Shown here: one piece after another, positions 33,749-42,397 of the stretch
How the letters are laid out: every line of letters begins with the position of its first letter
How positions within the stretch are numbered: position 1 is the first letter of the stretch
DNA from: an uncultured Verrucomicrobiota bacterium
Lineage (GTDB): Bacteria > Verrucomicrobiota > Verrucomicrobiia > Limisphaerales > SIBE01
Assembly (NCBI GenBank): GCA_964578605.1
Contig: CAZODO010000017.1
Coordinates: 3,994 to 67,993, forward strand
Direction of reading: 5' to 3'
Length of the DNA stretch: 64,000 bases
Translations under genes and position numbers: made by a program
Notes under the pieces: generated by a model
What the model was told of the DNA's origin: nothing
Seen by the model: only the letters and a program-made list of their open reading frames with translations
Database searches by the model: none

Positions 33749-35173
33749 TCAACGGGCGCGAACGTCAAAGCAGAAGAGCGTGTCGTGATACCGCAAGTAA
33801 AGGCGGCCTTGATAAATCACGGGATGCGTCCAAGCATCACTCTTGCGGCCAGGCACGAGGCGGAACCGTCCCGCCACTGCAAACTGATCGGGCCCGGGTT
33901 TGAGCAAGACGGCTTCCCCTTCCTGGCTCACGCAATAGAGCCGCTGATCGGCGTAGAGCACCGGGCCTTGATCAAGCCCGGTGATTTCGTAGCGCACAGC
34001 GCCCGTTGCGGCATCGACGGCAGCCCAGCCCCTTCGTTTGCGGTACCACGAGCCGAACAAGGTGCCTTCAAGATGAACCAGCCCGCCATGGCAGGTGTCG
34101 AGCGGGGTGGTCCATCCCACGTCGACGCCGCTTTCCGGTTCCGGCGGAATCCGGAACCACTTGCCCCCTTGCTTCGTGTCGGGAGCTGTGATGAAAACAC
34201 CGTTGCCAACGATCACAGGCGTGGTGGCAATGACGGAGTACTGCGTTGGGTAAGGCTGCGTCCAGAGCAGCTTCCCCGTATCCGCGTCCACACCGAACAC
34301 ATGGCGAAGCGAGCAGTTAACGATCTGCCGGCGGCCATGGAACGAGAAGAGGATGGGCGAGGAATAACTGCACGAGTCGATGGCGCCTTCGGGTTGCGAG
34401 AGCCTTTGCTGGGCGGGGTTGGAAGACTGGCCCAACCGGAGGGGCTCGGTCATCCAAACCGTGGCGCCGGTTCGTTTGTCCACCGCCGCCATGAGCGCGC
34501 GCGAGCCTCCTGGCGTCAGGATCAACCTTGGTCCATCGACAAGAAGGTTCTCGCTGGTGGCCCATGTAATGTTCTTGCCTCCGAACCGCTCGAACATGTT
34601 GAACGACCACACCTCGCGCCCGGTGTCCGCATCGAAGCAGGCAACCCGGCCATGGGCGTTCATATGGTAGAGATAGCCCTCGCTGAGGGTGCAACTGGCG
34701 CGCGCTCCCGGGTAAGGCCCCTTCCACGATTGCCCGTGGGTGGCAGTCCACAGCTTGCGACCTTGAAGATCGAGGGCCAGGATCCGGAGATCCTCGTCGA
34801 ACTCGCCCGCGAGAAACATCCGTCCATTGGAAAGGATCGGGGCGGAGTAGCCTTGGCCTGCACCGTTGGTCTTCCAGAGCAAGGGCGGTCCTGACTCCGG
34901 CCACGATGGCAGGAGACCGGTTTCATCGCAGATGGCGTCCCGCCTGGGTCCGCGCCACTGGGCCCAGCCGGGTTCGGGAGACGCGATCAGCTCTGGGCCC
35001 GTGATGGATGGCGGTGTGTCGCCGCCCTGCACCAGGCGAGGCGCTGGAGCGGCCACGAAACTCACGATGAGCACCGCCGGCGTCCACCACCTGTCGCGGA
35101 ACGTGCAGCGTCGGGCGCTCCTCCGTCCTGTTCGTCGCGGTGAGTCGCTTGCCTTCGGGATGAGCGCGTCCAT
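33749..35173 (-). CDS. PQQ-like beta-propeller protein (PVC-expanded family)
   Basis: WAQWRGPRRD, GYSAP, YSSP repeats, WTHPVIYQGRLYLR; start uncertain. Confidence 0.85.
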   Translation of the reverse strand: MDALIPKASDSPRRTGRRSARRCTFRDRWWTPAVLIVSFVAAPAPRLVQGGDTPPSITGPELIASPEPGWAQWRGPRRDAICDETGLLPSWPESGPPLLWKTNGAGQGYSAPILSNGRMFLAGEFDEDLRILALDLQGRKLWTATHGQSWKGPYPGARASCTLSEGYLYHMNAHGRVACFDADTGREVWSFNMFERFGGKNITWATSENLLVDGPRLILTPGGSRALMAAVDKRTGATVWMTEPLRLGQSSNPAQQRLSQPEGAIDSCSYSSPILFSFHGRRQIVNCSLRHVFGVDADTGKLLWTQPYPTQYSVIATTPVIVGNGVFITAPDTKQGGKWFRIPPEPESGVDVGWTTPLDTCHGGLVHLEGTLFGSWYRKRRGWAAVDAATGAVRYEITGLDQGPVLYADQRLYCVSQEGEAVLLKPGPDQFAVAGRFRLVPGRKSDAWTHPVIYQGRLYLRYHDTLFCFDVRAR

Positions 35174-35219
35174 GCTTGGCAGACAAAAGAAGCCACGGTG
35201 GAACGTCAATCCAAATGAT

Positions 35220-35519
35220 CTACGCCGGGCCGCCCGCAACGAAACGCAAGAGAAGCGCCGCGGCCGTCAACAGGATCAACAGGCCGGCGGGCATGAACTT
35301 CCTGGTCTTGGCATAGCGGATGATAAAGACGACCAGGAGGATTCCCAGGAGCAGGTTGGCGCCGAGCGGCCAGGCAACGACGCCCGCAGCGAACAAAGCC
35401 AGCGCCAGCGCGAACAGCACCGACGTGATCAAGGAAACCTTGCTTCCCGCTTTGAGGAATCCCGCCACGCCGCCAGCAATCAGGAGAACGATATAAATCC
35501 AGAGAATGGTATTTGCCAT
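35220..35519 (-). CDS. TMEM14-family small membrane protein
   Basis: GGVAGFLKAGSKVSLITS, RYAKTRKFMPAG. Confidence 0.85.
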   Translation of the reverse strand: MANTILWIYIVLLIAGGVAGFLKAGSKVSLITSVLFALALALFAAGVVAWPLGANLLLGILLVVFIIRYAKTRKFMPAGLLILLTAAALLLRFVAGGPA

Positions 35520-35610
35520 AAGAACCGGGGCAACCTTACCCGCGAACTCCGCGCAATGACACCAGGAAATCGCGGCGCGGCATGGGAGCGATCCTCCCGG
35601 CGGCGGACCC

Positions 35611-36000
35611 TCACCGTCTCGGGTGTTTCCAAATGGGAACGACGCGTTTCATCTGATCGATCAGATGCTGGCAAGCCTCGAAGGCCTCGCCTCGGTGCGG
35701 CGCCAGGACCTCGACCCAGAGAGAAGGCGCGCCATGAGGAACAAACCCGATCCGATGCACCAACCGAATCGAGCGAATGGGCCAGCGCCGTTCCAGTTCG
35801 TCAAACAGCTGTTCGAATTGGTGTTCGGCCATTTTGACGAACGCTTCGTACTCGATTCCTTGAATGGCGTGACCGCCCTCGGTTCCCCGCACGACACCGA
35901 GAAAGGTGATGACGGCGCCGATGTCCGGCGCCCGGCTGCGTCCTTGCCGCAACTGCGTTTCGTCAATCGGGTCGCTTGTGATCTTGATTTCGCGAAGCAT
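35611..36000 (-). CDS. moaE: Molybdopterin synthase catalytic subunit
   Basis: GAVITFLGVVR, YEAF, HRIG, APHRGEAF, PIWK. Confidence 0.92.
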   Translation of the reverse strand: MLREIKITSDPIDETQLRQGRSRAPDIGAVITFLGVVRGTEGGHAIQGIEYEAFVKMAEHQFEQLFDELERRWPIRSIRLVHRIGFVPHGAPSLWVEVLAPHRGEAFEACQHLIDQMKRVVPIWKHPRR

Positions 36001-36017
36001 GCGCCTACTCTTGACTT

Positions 36018-36263
36018 CTAGCCGCCCTGAACGGGGGGGAACAGCGAGACGTGGTCGTCTTCCTGAAGTCTGTACTTGCGGTCCTGGTACTCGACCCCCA
36101 CAGCCGTCAGGGTGGATTTTGCCATGGGCGCCAGGCGTGGGAAGCGCTCGTAAAGGCGGCTCAGCAGGTCGCCCAGGGTGCTCCCGGGAGCGACTTCCGC
36201 CGCAGTCTCCGCGCAGCCTGCCAGGTCTTTGAAATACGAGTAAAAGGTCACCTGCACCTTCAT
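36018..36263 (-). CDS. moaD: Sulfur carrier protein MoaD/ThiS
   Basis: Ubiquitin-like, ends LFPPVQGG; start 36263 or 36290. Confidence 0.9.
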   Translation of the reverse strand: MKVQVTFYSYFKDLAGCAETAAEVAPGSTLGDLLSRLYERFPRLAPMAKSTLTAVGVEYQDRKYRLQEDDHVSLFPPVQGG

Positions 36264-36276
36264 GGCATCCACCTTG

Positions 36277-36882
36277 TCATTCTTCGGCACTGGACTTGAA
36301 GACCTCCGGCTTCAGCACACCGATAAACGGGAGGTTGCGATACCGCTCGGCGTAATCCAATCCGTACCCCACGACGAAGAGGTCAGGAATCTCGAAGCCC
36401 ACGTAATCCGCTTCAATCGGTTCCGTCCGGCGCGACGCTTTATTCAGCAACACGCAGGACTTGATCGCACGCGGCTGCAACTGGCGCAAACGAGCCAGAA
36501 CCGAACCCAGCGTCCGGCCAGTGTCCAAGATATCGTCCACCAGGAGAACATCCCGCCCACGGATATCCAAGCGCAGTTCTTTCGTGAAAACGAGGTCCCG
36601 CGACACCGTTCCCTGCCTGTAGCTGGACACCCCGATAAAATCGAGTCCGAGCGGCAGCGAGAGGCGGCGGATGAGGTCTGCCAGGAACATCACGGTGCCG
36701 TTGAGGAGCGCCACAACCACAAGGTCGCTGCCCTTAAAGTCAGCCGTGATCAACTGCGCCAGTTCGCGCACCCTCTGTCTCAATTGCGGCTCCGAGATCA
36801 GGACCCGCTCGACCTGCCCCCGCAATCGGGGCGGCACGCGGGAAGCCCCCTCGGAACGCGCGGGTTGGATGCCGCTCTTCAT
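36277..36882 (-). CDS. hpt: Hypoxanthine phosphoribosyltransferase
   Basis: VLLVDDILDTGRTL, FVVGYGLDYAERYRNLP. Confidence 0.95.
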   Translation of the reverse strand: MKSGIQPARSEGASRVPPRLRGQVERVLISEPQLRQRVRELAQLITADFKGSDLVVVALLNGTVMFLADLIRRLSLPLGLDFIGVSSYRQGTVSRDLVFTKELRLDIRGRDVLLVDDILDTGRTLGSVLARLRQLQPRAIKSCVLLNKASRRTEPIEADYVGFEIPDLFVVGYGLDYAERYRNLPFIGVLKPEVFKSSAEE

Positions 36883-36921
36883 TCGCTCGCCACGTCTGAC
36901 CGATTGGGCCCGCGCCGCCGA

Positions 36922-37302
36922 TCAGATATGCTTGGAATCCAGTTCGTCCTTGGCCACATACCCGCTTTCCTGGCGCTGGAAATTGACAGCGTTCTTCTTG
37001 ACGTAGGCATTGAACACATCGTCCGCGCTCATCCCGAGGACCTGAGCCGCGCTGATCAGGAAATGGAACAGGTCGACCACTTCGACCCGGGCGTTCTGTT
37101 CGTCGAACTTCTGGTATTTGGCCCACCATTTCCAGGGCACACTATCCGTGAGTTCGGCGATCTCTTGCGTCATTGCCCGGCAATAGTTCAGAAGCCACCG
37201 AATGCGCTCGTCGTGATCCATGCCGTCCGTCTTGACCCCAATGCGTTCGTTCAGGGCCTTCTGCATTCGAAATAACTCCCGCAACTGATCAGGCGTTTCC
37301 AT
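36922..37302 (-). CDS. Dimeric all-alpha dUTPase
   Basis: EIAELTDSVPWKWW, EVVDLFHFLIS, Y..KN..N..RQ..GY. Confidence 0.88.
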   Translation of the reverse strand: METPDQLRELFRMQKALNERIGVKTDGMDHDERIRWLLNYCRAMTQEIAELTDSVPWKWWAKYQKFDEQNARVEVVDLFHFLISAAQVLGMSADDVFNAYVKKNAVNFQRQESGYVAKDELDSKHI

Positions 37303-37360
37303 GGGTTCGAAGCTTTCCTGCTCCCGTTGCGGAAGCAAGGAGAAAGCTCAACTCCGCCGC

Positions 37361-38434
37361 TTAAACCAGCCAGCTTGCCAGCCCCTCGGCAACGAACGTG
37401 TCGTCGTTCAGTTCAGGGTAACTGGAATAGACCCGGTCGATCTCGCGCTTTTGGCCCGGCGACAGCCCCTGGTTGGGGTCAAGGCACGTGGTGCCAGTCA
37501 TCAAACCCTGCCGGCGGAGCACTTCGTGGATTCCCGCAATGCATCCCGCAAATCCGTTCGCGGCATCAAAGAACGCCGCGTTGCAGTCCGTCACCTTTGC
37601 CGCGAGGGTGAGCAATTCGGCAGGCAACGATTTCTTGCCGCGATGACGCTTGCACAGATCCAGCACTCGAACAGCCGATTGCGTCCAGCACGCCCAATGT
37701 CCAAGCAAACCGCCCGGAATCCCCAGCCGCACCGTTCGCCCGCGCACCGTGAATTCGTGTTCTGTCAGGAGGTCCAGGACAATGTGATCGTCATTGCCTG
37801 TGTAAAGCGCAATCTCCCCTGCCCTGCCCGATTCCGCAATGGCCCGGACCACCTCCAGCGTCTGGTACCGGTTGAACGGGGCAATCTTGATCGCTGCAAG
37901 GTTCGGGATTTCCGCCAGCTTCCGCCAAAATTCCAGACCCAGGACGCGCCCGCCCACCGCCGGCTGAAGGTAAAACCCGATGATGGGGATCTCCCGGGCC
38001 ACCGTGGCGCAGTGCTGCAGAAGGGCGCGGTTCTCTTCATGCGCCAGAGCCGCCAACGACAAAAGGCCGGCGTGGTAACCGCATTCTCTCGAGAAAACCG
38101 CCTCGGCAACAGCTTGCCGGGTGCGCCCGCAAATCCCGGCAATGCGGACCGTTTGGCGCCGTATAGCCTTGTCGCACTGCTCGACAACCGACGCCGCCAG
38201 TTCAAGCACCGGTTTGAACAAGCCGATCTTGGGATCGCGGATTTCAAACTGGGTCGTATGCACTCCCACGGCAATGCCTCCCGCTCCCGCCGCATGGTAA
38301 TAGCGGGTCAAGGCGCGCTGGCGCCGCTCGTCGAACTCCCTAGCGCGGGTCAAGGCCAGCGGGTGCGCCGGGATGACCACGCCATCCTGCAGAACATTCG
38401 AGACCCAGGCGGGAACAGTGGGATAGACAGCCAT
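37361..38434 (-). CDS. Dihydrodipicolinate synthase-family aldolase
   Basis: VIPAHPLAL, GIAVGVHTTQF, FYLQ, IKIAPF, YTGNDD. Confidence 0.85.
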   Translation of the reverse strand: MAVYPTVPAWVSNVLQDGVVIPAHPLALTRAREFDERRQRALTRYYHAAGAGGIAVGVHTTQFEIRDPKIGLFKPVLELAASVVEQCDKAIRRQTVRIAGICGRTRQAVAEAVFSRECGYHAGLLSLAALAHEENRALLQHCATVAREIPIIGFYLQPAVGGRVLGLEFWRKLAEIPNLAAIKIAPFNRYQTLEVVRAIAESGRAGEIALYTGNDDHIVLDLLTEHEFTVRGRTVRLGIPGGLLGHWACWTQSAVRVLDLCKRHRGKKSLPAELLTLAAKVTDCNAAFFDAANGFAGCIAGIHEVLRRQGLMTGTTCLDPNQGLSPGQKREIDRVYSSYPELNDDTFVAEGLASWLV

Positions 38435-38450
38435 AGACGACGCTGGAAGG

Positions 38451-39509
38451 TTAAAACTGGCCGCTGCGCACTTCGAAATGGGTCGGTTTCCCCAAGGTCG
38501 CCCCGCCGCGCTTGATCCAATCGGCAATCCACTCGAGCACCCGATCGACGGGAGTGGCGGGCGGTCCCAGGGCGGTGAAGAGCCTCGACGCGTTGCTGAG
38601 CAGCGCGGTGTCCGCTTCGGCGCCTGCAAAGAGCGGCTCCCGTCCCATCCCTTGGCCAAAGCGGAGCGCCAGATCACGGACCTTGAGCCTCTCCAACCCG
38701 GTCAGATTGAAGACCGCCGATGGACTCGACGCCAGGGCGAAGGCTCGCAGAATTGCATCATTGGCGTCGCCTTGCCAAAGGCAATTGAGATAGCCGGTGC
38801 TCAGATCGATCGGCTGGCGGTTCCAGACCTTTTGCGCGATGTCCACCAGCACGCCGTAGCGCAGCTCAACAGCGTAATTCAGCCGCAAGATAGCGAAACG
38901 CGTGTTCCGTGTGCGTGAGTAGTATTCGAAAATTCTCTCGCGAGCCAATGCGGCGGAACCGTACTCCCCAACCGGCGACGGAGGATCGTCCTCGTTGCAT
39001 CCTCCACATTGCACCGGGACCAACGGGTAAACGTTGCCGGTAGAAAGCGCCACGATTCGCGAGGATGGATACCGTTCCGCAACGTGGGCAGGGACCAGGG
39101 TGTTGACGGCCCAGGTCTGCCAGGGGTTCTGCTGCGTCCCGAACTTCATCCCAACCAGGTAGACCACGTCCTGAGCCTCGGGCAACCGCATGGTATCGTC
39201 CCGGTTGAGCAGATCACACGGGATCGTCTCGATCTCACATTCCTCGAGCCAGCGCCGGCTGCGAGGATCGGTAAACCGGCTGACCGCGACAATGCGGAGC
39301 GTTCGGCCGGCCGCCATGGCCGCGCGGCGCGCCAAAAGGCAGAGCGAAGGTCCCATCTTTCCGCTGGCGCCCAGGACCAGGAGCGGACTCTTGATCTGCG
39401 AGGTGAAATCGACCAGTTGCGGCGACGGGCGGGTGAGGATTGCGTTCAGTTCATCCTCTGAACGGATCCTCGCGGGCAGCGGCCCTTGGGTGGCAATTTC
39501 GTTTTCCAT
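38451..39509 (-). CDS. NAD-dependent epimerase/dehydratase
   Basis: GASGKMG Rossmann motif, STGNVY, RLNYA. Confidence 0.88.
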   Translation of the reverse strand: MENEIATQGPLPARIRSEDELNAILTRPSPQLVDFTSQIKSPLLVLGASGKMGPSLCLLARRAAMAAGRTLRIVAVSRFTDPRSRRWLEECEIETIPCDLLNRDDTMRLPEAQDVVYLVGMKFGTQQNPWQTWAVNTLVPAHVAERYPSSRIVALSTGNVYPLVPVQCGGCNEDDPPSPVGEYGSAALARERIFEYYSRTRNTRFAILRLNYAVELRYGVLVDIAQKVWNRQPIDLSTGYLNCLWQGDANDAILRAFALASSPSAVFNLTGLERLKVRDLALRFGQGMGREPLFAGAEADTALLSNASRLFTALGPPATPVDRVLEWIADWIKRGGATLGKPTHFEVRSGQF

Positions 39510-39613
39510 GAAGAGCTCTCGGAAGGATCATGCCAGAACCGCGCGCAAAAAGCCAAGCGCCGGACCGCCTGGACAGGACCGCTTGCCGGTTTCCACCAAA
39601 AGAGGGGTGGCCG

Positions 39614-40933
39614 TCACCGAAAGATGAAGTGCGCCAGGAACACAGCGGTCAGCGCCCAGCCCATCCATGGAATGCGGCCTGCCCTTCCGGTCCCGAGCAT
39701 GAATCCGGCATAGACCACGTAACCGATGGCCAGGCCTTCGCTGATGCTGAAGGTAAGGGGCATCAGGATCAGGATCATTACGGCGGGGACGGCGGTCCCG
39801 AAATCGCGCAGATCAATCTTGGCCATGCCCTGCATCATCAAAACTCCCACAATCACCAAGGCGGGAGCCGTGGCCACGAGCGGCACGATCCGGATGATGG
39901 GATGGAAGATCAGCGCCAGCAGAAAACACGCGGCCACCACCCACGATGTCAGGCCCGTCCGGCCGCCTTCCTCAACGCCCGCAGCCGACTCGATATAGCT
40001 GGTCACGGTCGACGTCCCCAAGGTGGCCCCCACCATCGCCGCCGTGGCGTCGGCCGCCAGAGCCCGCTCGATCCGGGGCAGGTTTCCTTGCGCATCAAGA
40101 AACCCCGCCCGCTCGCACACGCCGATCAACGTCCCCATGTTATCGAACAGGTCCACAAACAGCAGTGCGAGAATCACCGGGATCAGCTCAATGAAATGCG
40201 CGAACACATAACCGAAATCGAGCGCCAGAAACGTGGGTGCGAGCGATGCGGGCGCATCGATCAGCGTTTCCGGGAGCGCCGTGAGCGTCCCTTTGCCGTC
40301 CGGGCCTGGCAGGAAGAACCCCAGCACCGTCAGAAGGGCGATGGAAAGAATCATGGCGCCGCGAAACTTCCGCCACATGAGCACCGAGGTCAGGAGAATG
40401 CCAAAAACCACCAGCAGCGCGGAAGGTTTGGACAGGGCGCCTGCTTTCACAAACGTCACCGGGTCCGCGGCGATGATTCCGCCGTTCTTCAGTCCAATAA
40501 AGGCGATGAAAAGGCCAATCCCGCAACTGATCGCGATCTTGATCTCGGAGGGGATCGATTCGATCAGCTTTTGCCGCAGCCCGGTCAACGTCAGGATCAG
40601 GAAGAGCATGCCGCTCAGAAAGACCATTGCCAGCGCCGCTTGCCAGGGAATGTTCATGCCCAGGCAGACGGTATAAGTGAAGAACGCGTTGATGCCCATC
40701 CCCGGCGCAAGGGCAATCGGGTAATTGGTCGCCAAGCCCATTACCGCCGTCATGATCGCCGAACCCAGAGCGGTCGCGCTGATCACTGCCCCGGCGTCCA
40801 TTCCCGTCTCCGACAGAATCGCCGGATTCACCGCCAGGATGTAGGCCATGGCGGCAAACGTGGTCAAACCCGCGGTGATCTCGGTCCGAAGATTGGTGCC
40901 CTGCGCTCGCAGTTGGAAGAATCTCTCAAGCAT
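39614..40933 (-). CDS. NCS2/AzgA-family nucleobase permease
   Basis: AGLTTF..MAYI..VNP, APGMGINAFF, YIESAAGV..GGRTG. Confidence 0.92.
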   Translation of the reverse strand: MLERFFQLRAQGTNLRTEITAGLTTFAAMAYILAVNPAILSETGMDAGAVISATALGSAIMTAVMGLATNYPIALAPGMGINAFFTYTVCLGMNIPWQAALAMVFLSGMLFLILTLTGLRQKLIESIPSEIKIAISCGIGLFIAFIGLKNGGIIAADPVTFVKAGALSKPSALLVVFGILLTSVLMWRKFRGAMILSIALLTVLGFFLPGPDGKGTLTALPETLIDAPASLAPTFLALDFGYVFAHFIELIPVILALLFVDLFDNMGTLIGVCERAGFLDAQGNLPRIERALAADATAAMVGATLGTSTVTSYIESAAGVEEGGRTGLTSWVVAACFLLALIFHPIIRIVPLVATAPALVIVGVLMMQGMAKIDLRDFGTAVPAVMILILMPLTFSISEGLAIGYVVYAGFMLGTGRAGRIPWMGWALTAVFLAHFIFR

Positions 40934-41089
40934 GCGCCCGCATTCTTACCGCCGCCAGGCCGGTCCAAACAAGCCTGAGATCACGGCGACGGCCGTTTGG
41001 ATAAGGCAGGCCGGTTCGGAGCGCCGGTGGCAATTGATGACTTTCAAGGGCCGGCCCGGCGGTCCGGCCCTGCCTTTCCTGCCGCTGGT

Positions 41090-42241
41090 TCAAGCAGTCC
41101 CGGTGTCCCCGCCTGCCTTCCCTTGGGCTAGGATCCGCTTCGATGGGACATATTTCGACACAAACTCCCGCCGAAACTCGGAGAACGTTCCCGCCGCAAG
41201 GTGCTCTCGAACGTCGGCCATGAGCTTCAAATACATGTGGGAGTTATGGACGCTCACCATGCGCAATCCCAGGATCTCTTCCACATTCAAGAGATGCCGC
41301 AGATAGGCCCGCGAAAAGTTCCGGCACGCGTAGCATTCGCACCCTTCTTCAATCGGGTGGAAATCGGCCTTGTTAAATCCCGCTTTGACGCTGACAGCGC
41401 CCTTCCGTGTGAAGGCCGTCCCGTTCCGCGCCACCCGCGTGGGCAACACGCAATCGAACATATCAACGCCGCGCGCGACCAATTCGACCATTTGGGCCGG
41501 GGTGCCCAGCCCCATGGCATATCGCGGTTGGTCCTGCGGAAGGAACGGTTCGGTCATTTCCACCGCTCGCATGATTTCCGCCTCGGGTTCCCCCACGCTC
41601 AAGCCGCCGATGGCGTAACCGTCGAATCCAAGCGTCACCAACTCCCGGGCGCAATGTTCGCGCAGGGCGGCATGGGTTCCGCCTTGCACAATTCCGAACA
41701 CGCACTGTCCTGGCGCGTGCGGTTGCCCCCGGCATTCTGCCGCCCAACGCAAGGTTCGCTCGACGGCGTCTTTGCAGGCCTTCAAGGTAGCCGTGTGCGG
41801 AGGGCACTCGTCGAACACCATCGCTATGTCGGACCCCAAGTCGCGCTGGACCTGCATCGCCTCTTGCGGTCCGAGAAACAGGAGCGAACCGTCAAGATGC
41901 GAGCGAAACTCGACCCCGTGCGCTTTGATCTTGCGAATCTTGGCGAGGCTGAAGACCTGGAAACCGCCGCTGTCCGTCAGGATAGGATGCGGCCAACTCA
42001 TGAACCGATGCAGGCCGCCCGCTTGCCGGATGATTTCCATGCCTGGACGGATGCTCAGGTGATAGGTGTTGCCCAGCAGGATCTGGGTGCCCATTTCCCG
42101 CAACTCGCGCGGATCAAGCGCCTTGACGCTGCCTTGGGTGCCCACGGGCATGAACACGGGCGTTTCGATTTCTCCATGGTTGGTATGGAGCCGGCCCAAG
42201 CGTGCTTTTGACCCTGAATCTGTCCTAAAGAGCTCAAACAT
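41090..42241 (-). CDS. tgt: tRNA-guanine transglycosylase
   Basis: FMPVGTQG, DSGGFQ, FDEC, GGLSVGE, DMFDCVLPTR, CECYAC...H. Confidence 0.96.
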   Translation of the reverse strand: MFELFRTDSGSKARLGRLHTNHGEIETPVFMPVGTQGSVKALDPRELREMGTQILLGNTYHLSIRPGMEIIRQAGGLHRFMSWPHPILTDSGGFQVFSLAKIRKIKAHGVEFRSHLDGSLLFLGPQEAMQVQRDLGSDIAMVFDECPPHTATLKACKDAVERTLRWAAECRGQPHAPGQCVFGIVQGGTHAALREHCARELVTLGFDGYAIGGLSVGEPEAEIMRAVEMTEPFLPQDQPRYAMGLGTPAQMVELVARGVDMFDCVLPTRVARNGTAFTRKGAVSVKAGFNKADFHPIEEGCECYACRNFSRAYLRHLLNVEEILGLRMVSVHNSHMYLKLMADVREHLAAGTFSEFRREFVSKYVPSKRILAQGKAGGDTGTA

Positions 42242-42337
42242 GCGTCATGGCCATCCTTGCCATGGTCAAGACAAGGTCCCAAGCAAATAAAACCAGATTA
42301 CGGTCCAGGGTCGGCCCAACGGTCCGGCCCTGCATGA

Positions 42338-42374
42338 GAAAAAGCCGCGGCCGCTCATTGCAAGCAGCCGCGGC
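42338..42374 (-). terminator. Rho-independent terminator
   Basis: On the minus strand GCCGCGGC...GCCGCGGC hairpin then TTTTTCT, downstream of the metalloprotease gene. Confidence 0.75.
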
Positions 42375-42397
42375 ATGAGAGGCAAGGTTTGCCGGGG

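Noticed and set aside
39530-40978. 482-aa + strand ORF (and 42797-44425, 542 aa)
   Set aside because: Antisense shadows of the NCS2 permease and the metalloprotease.
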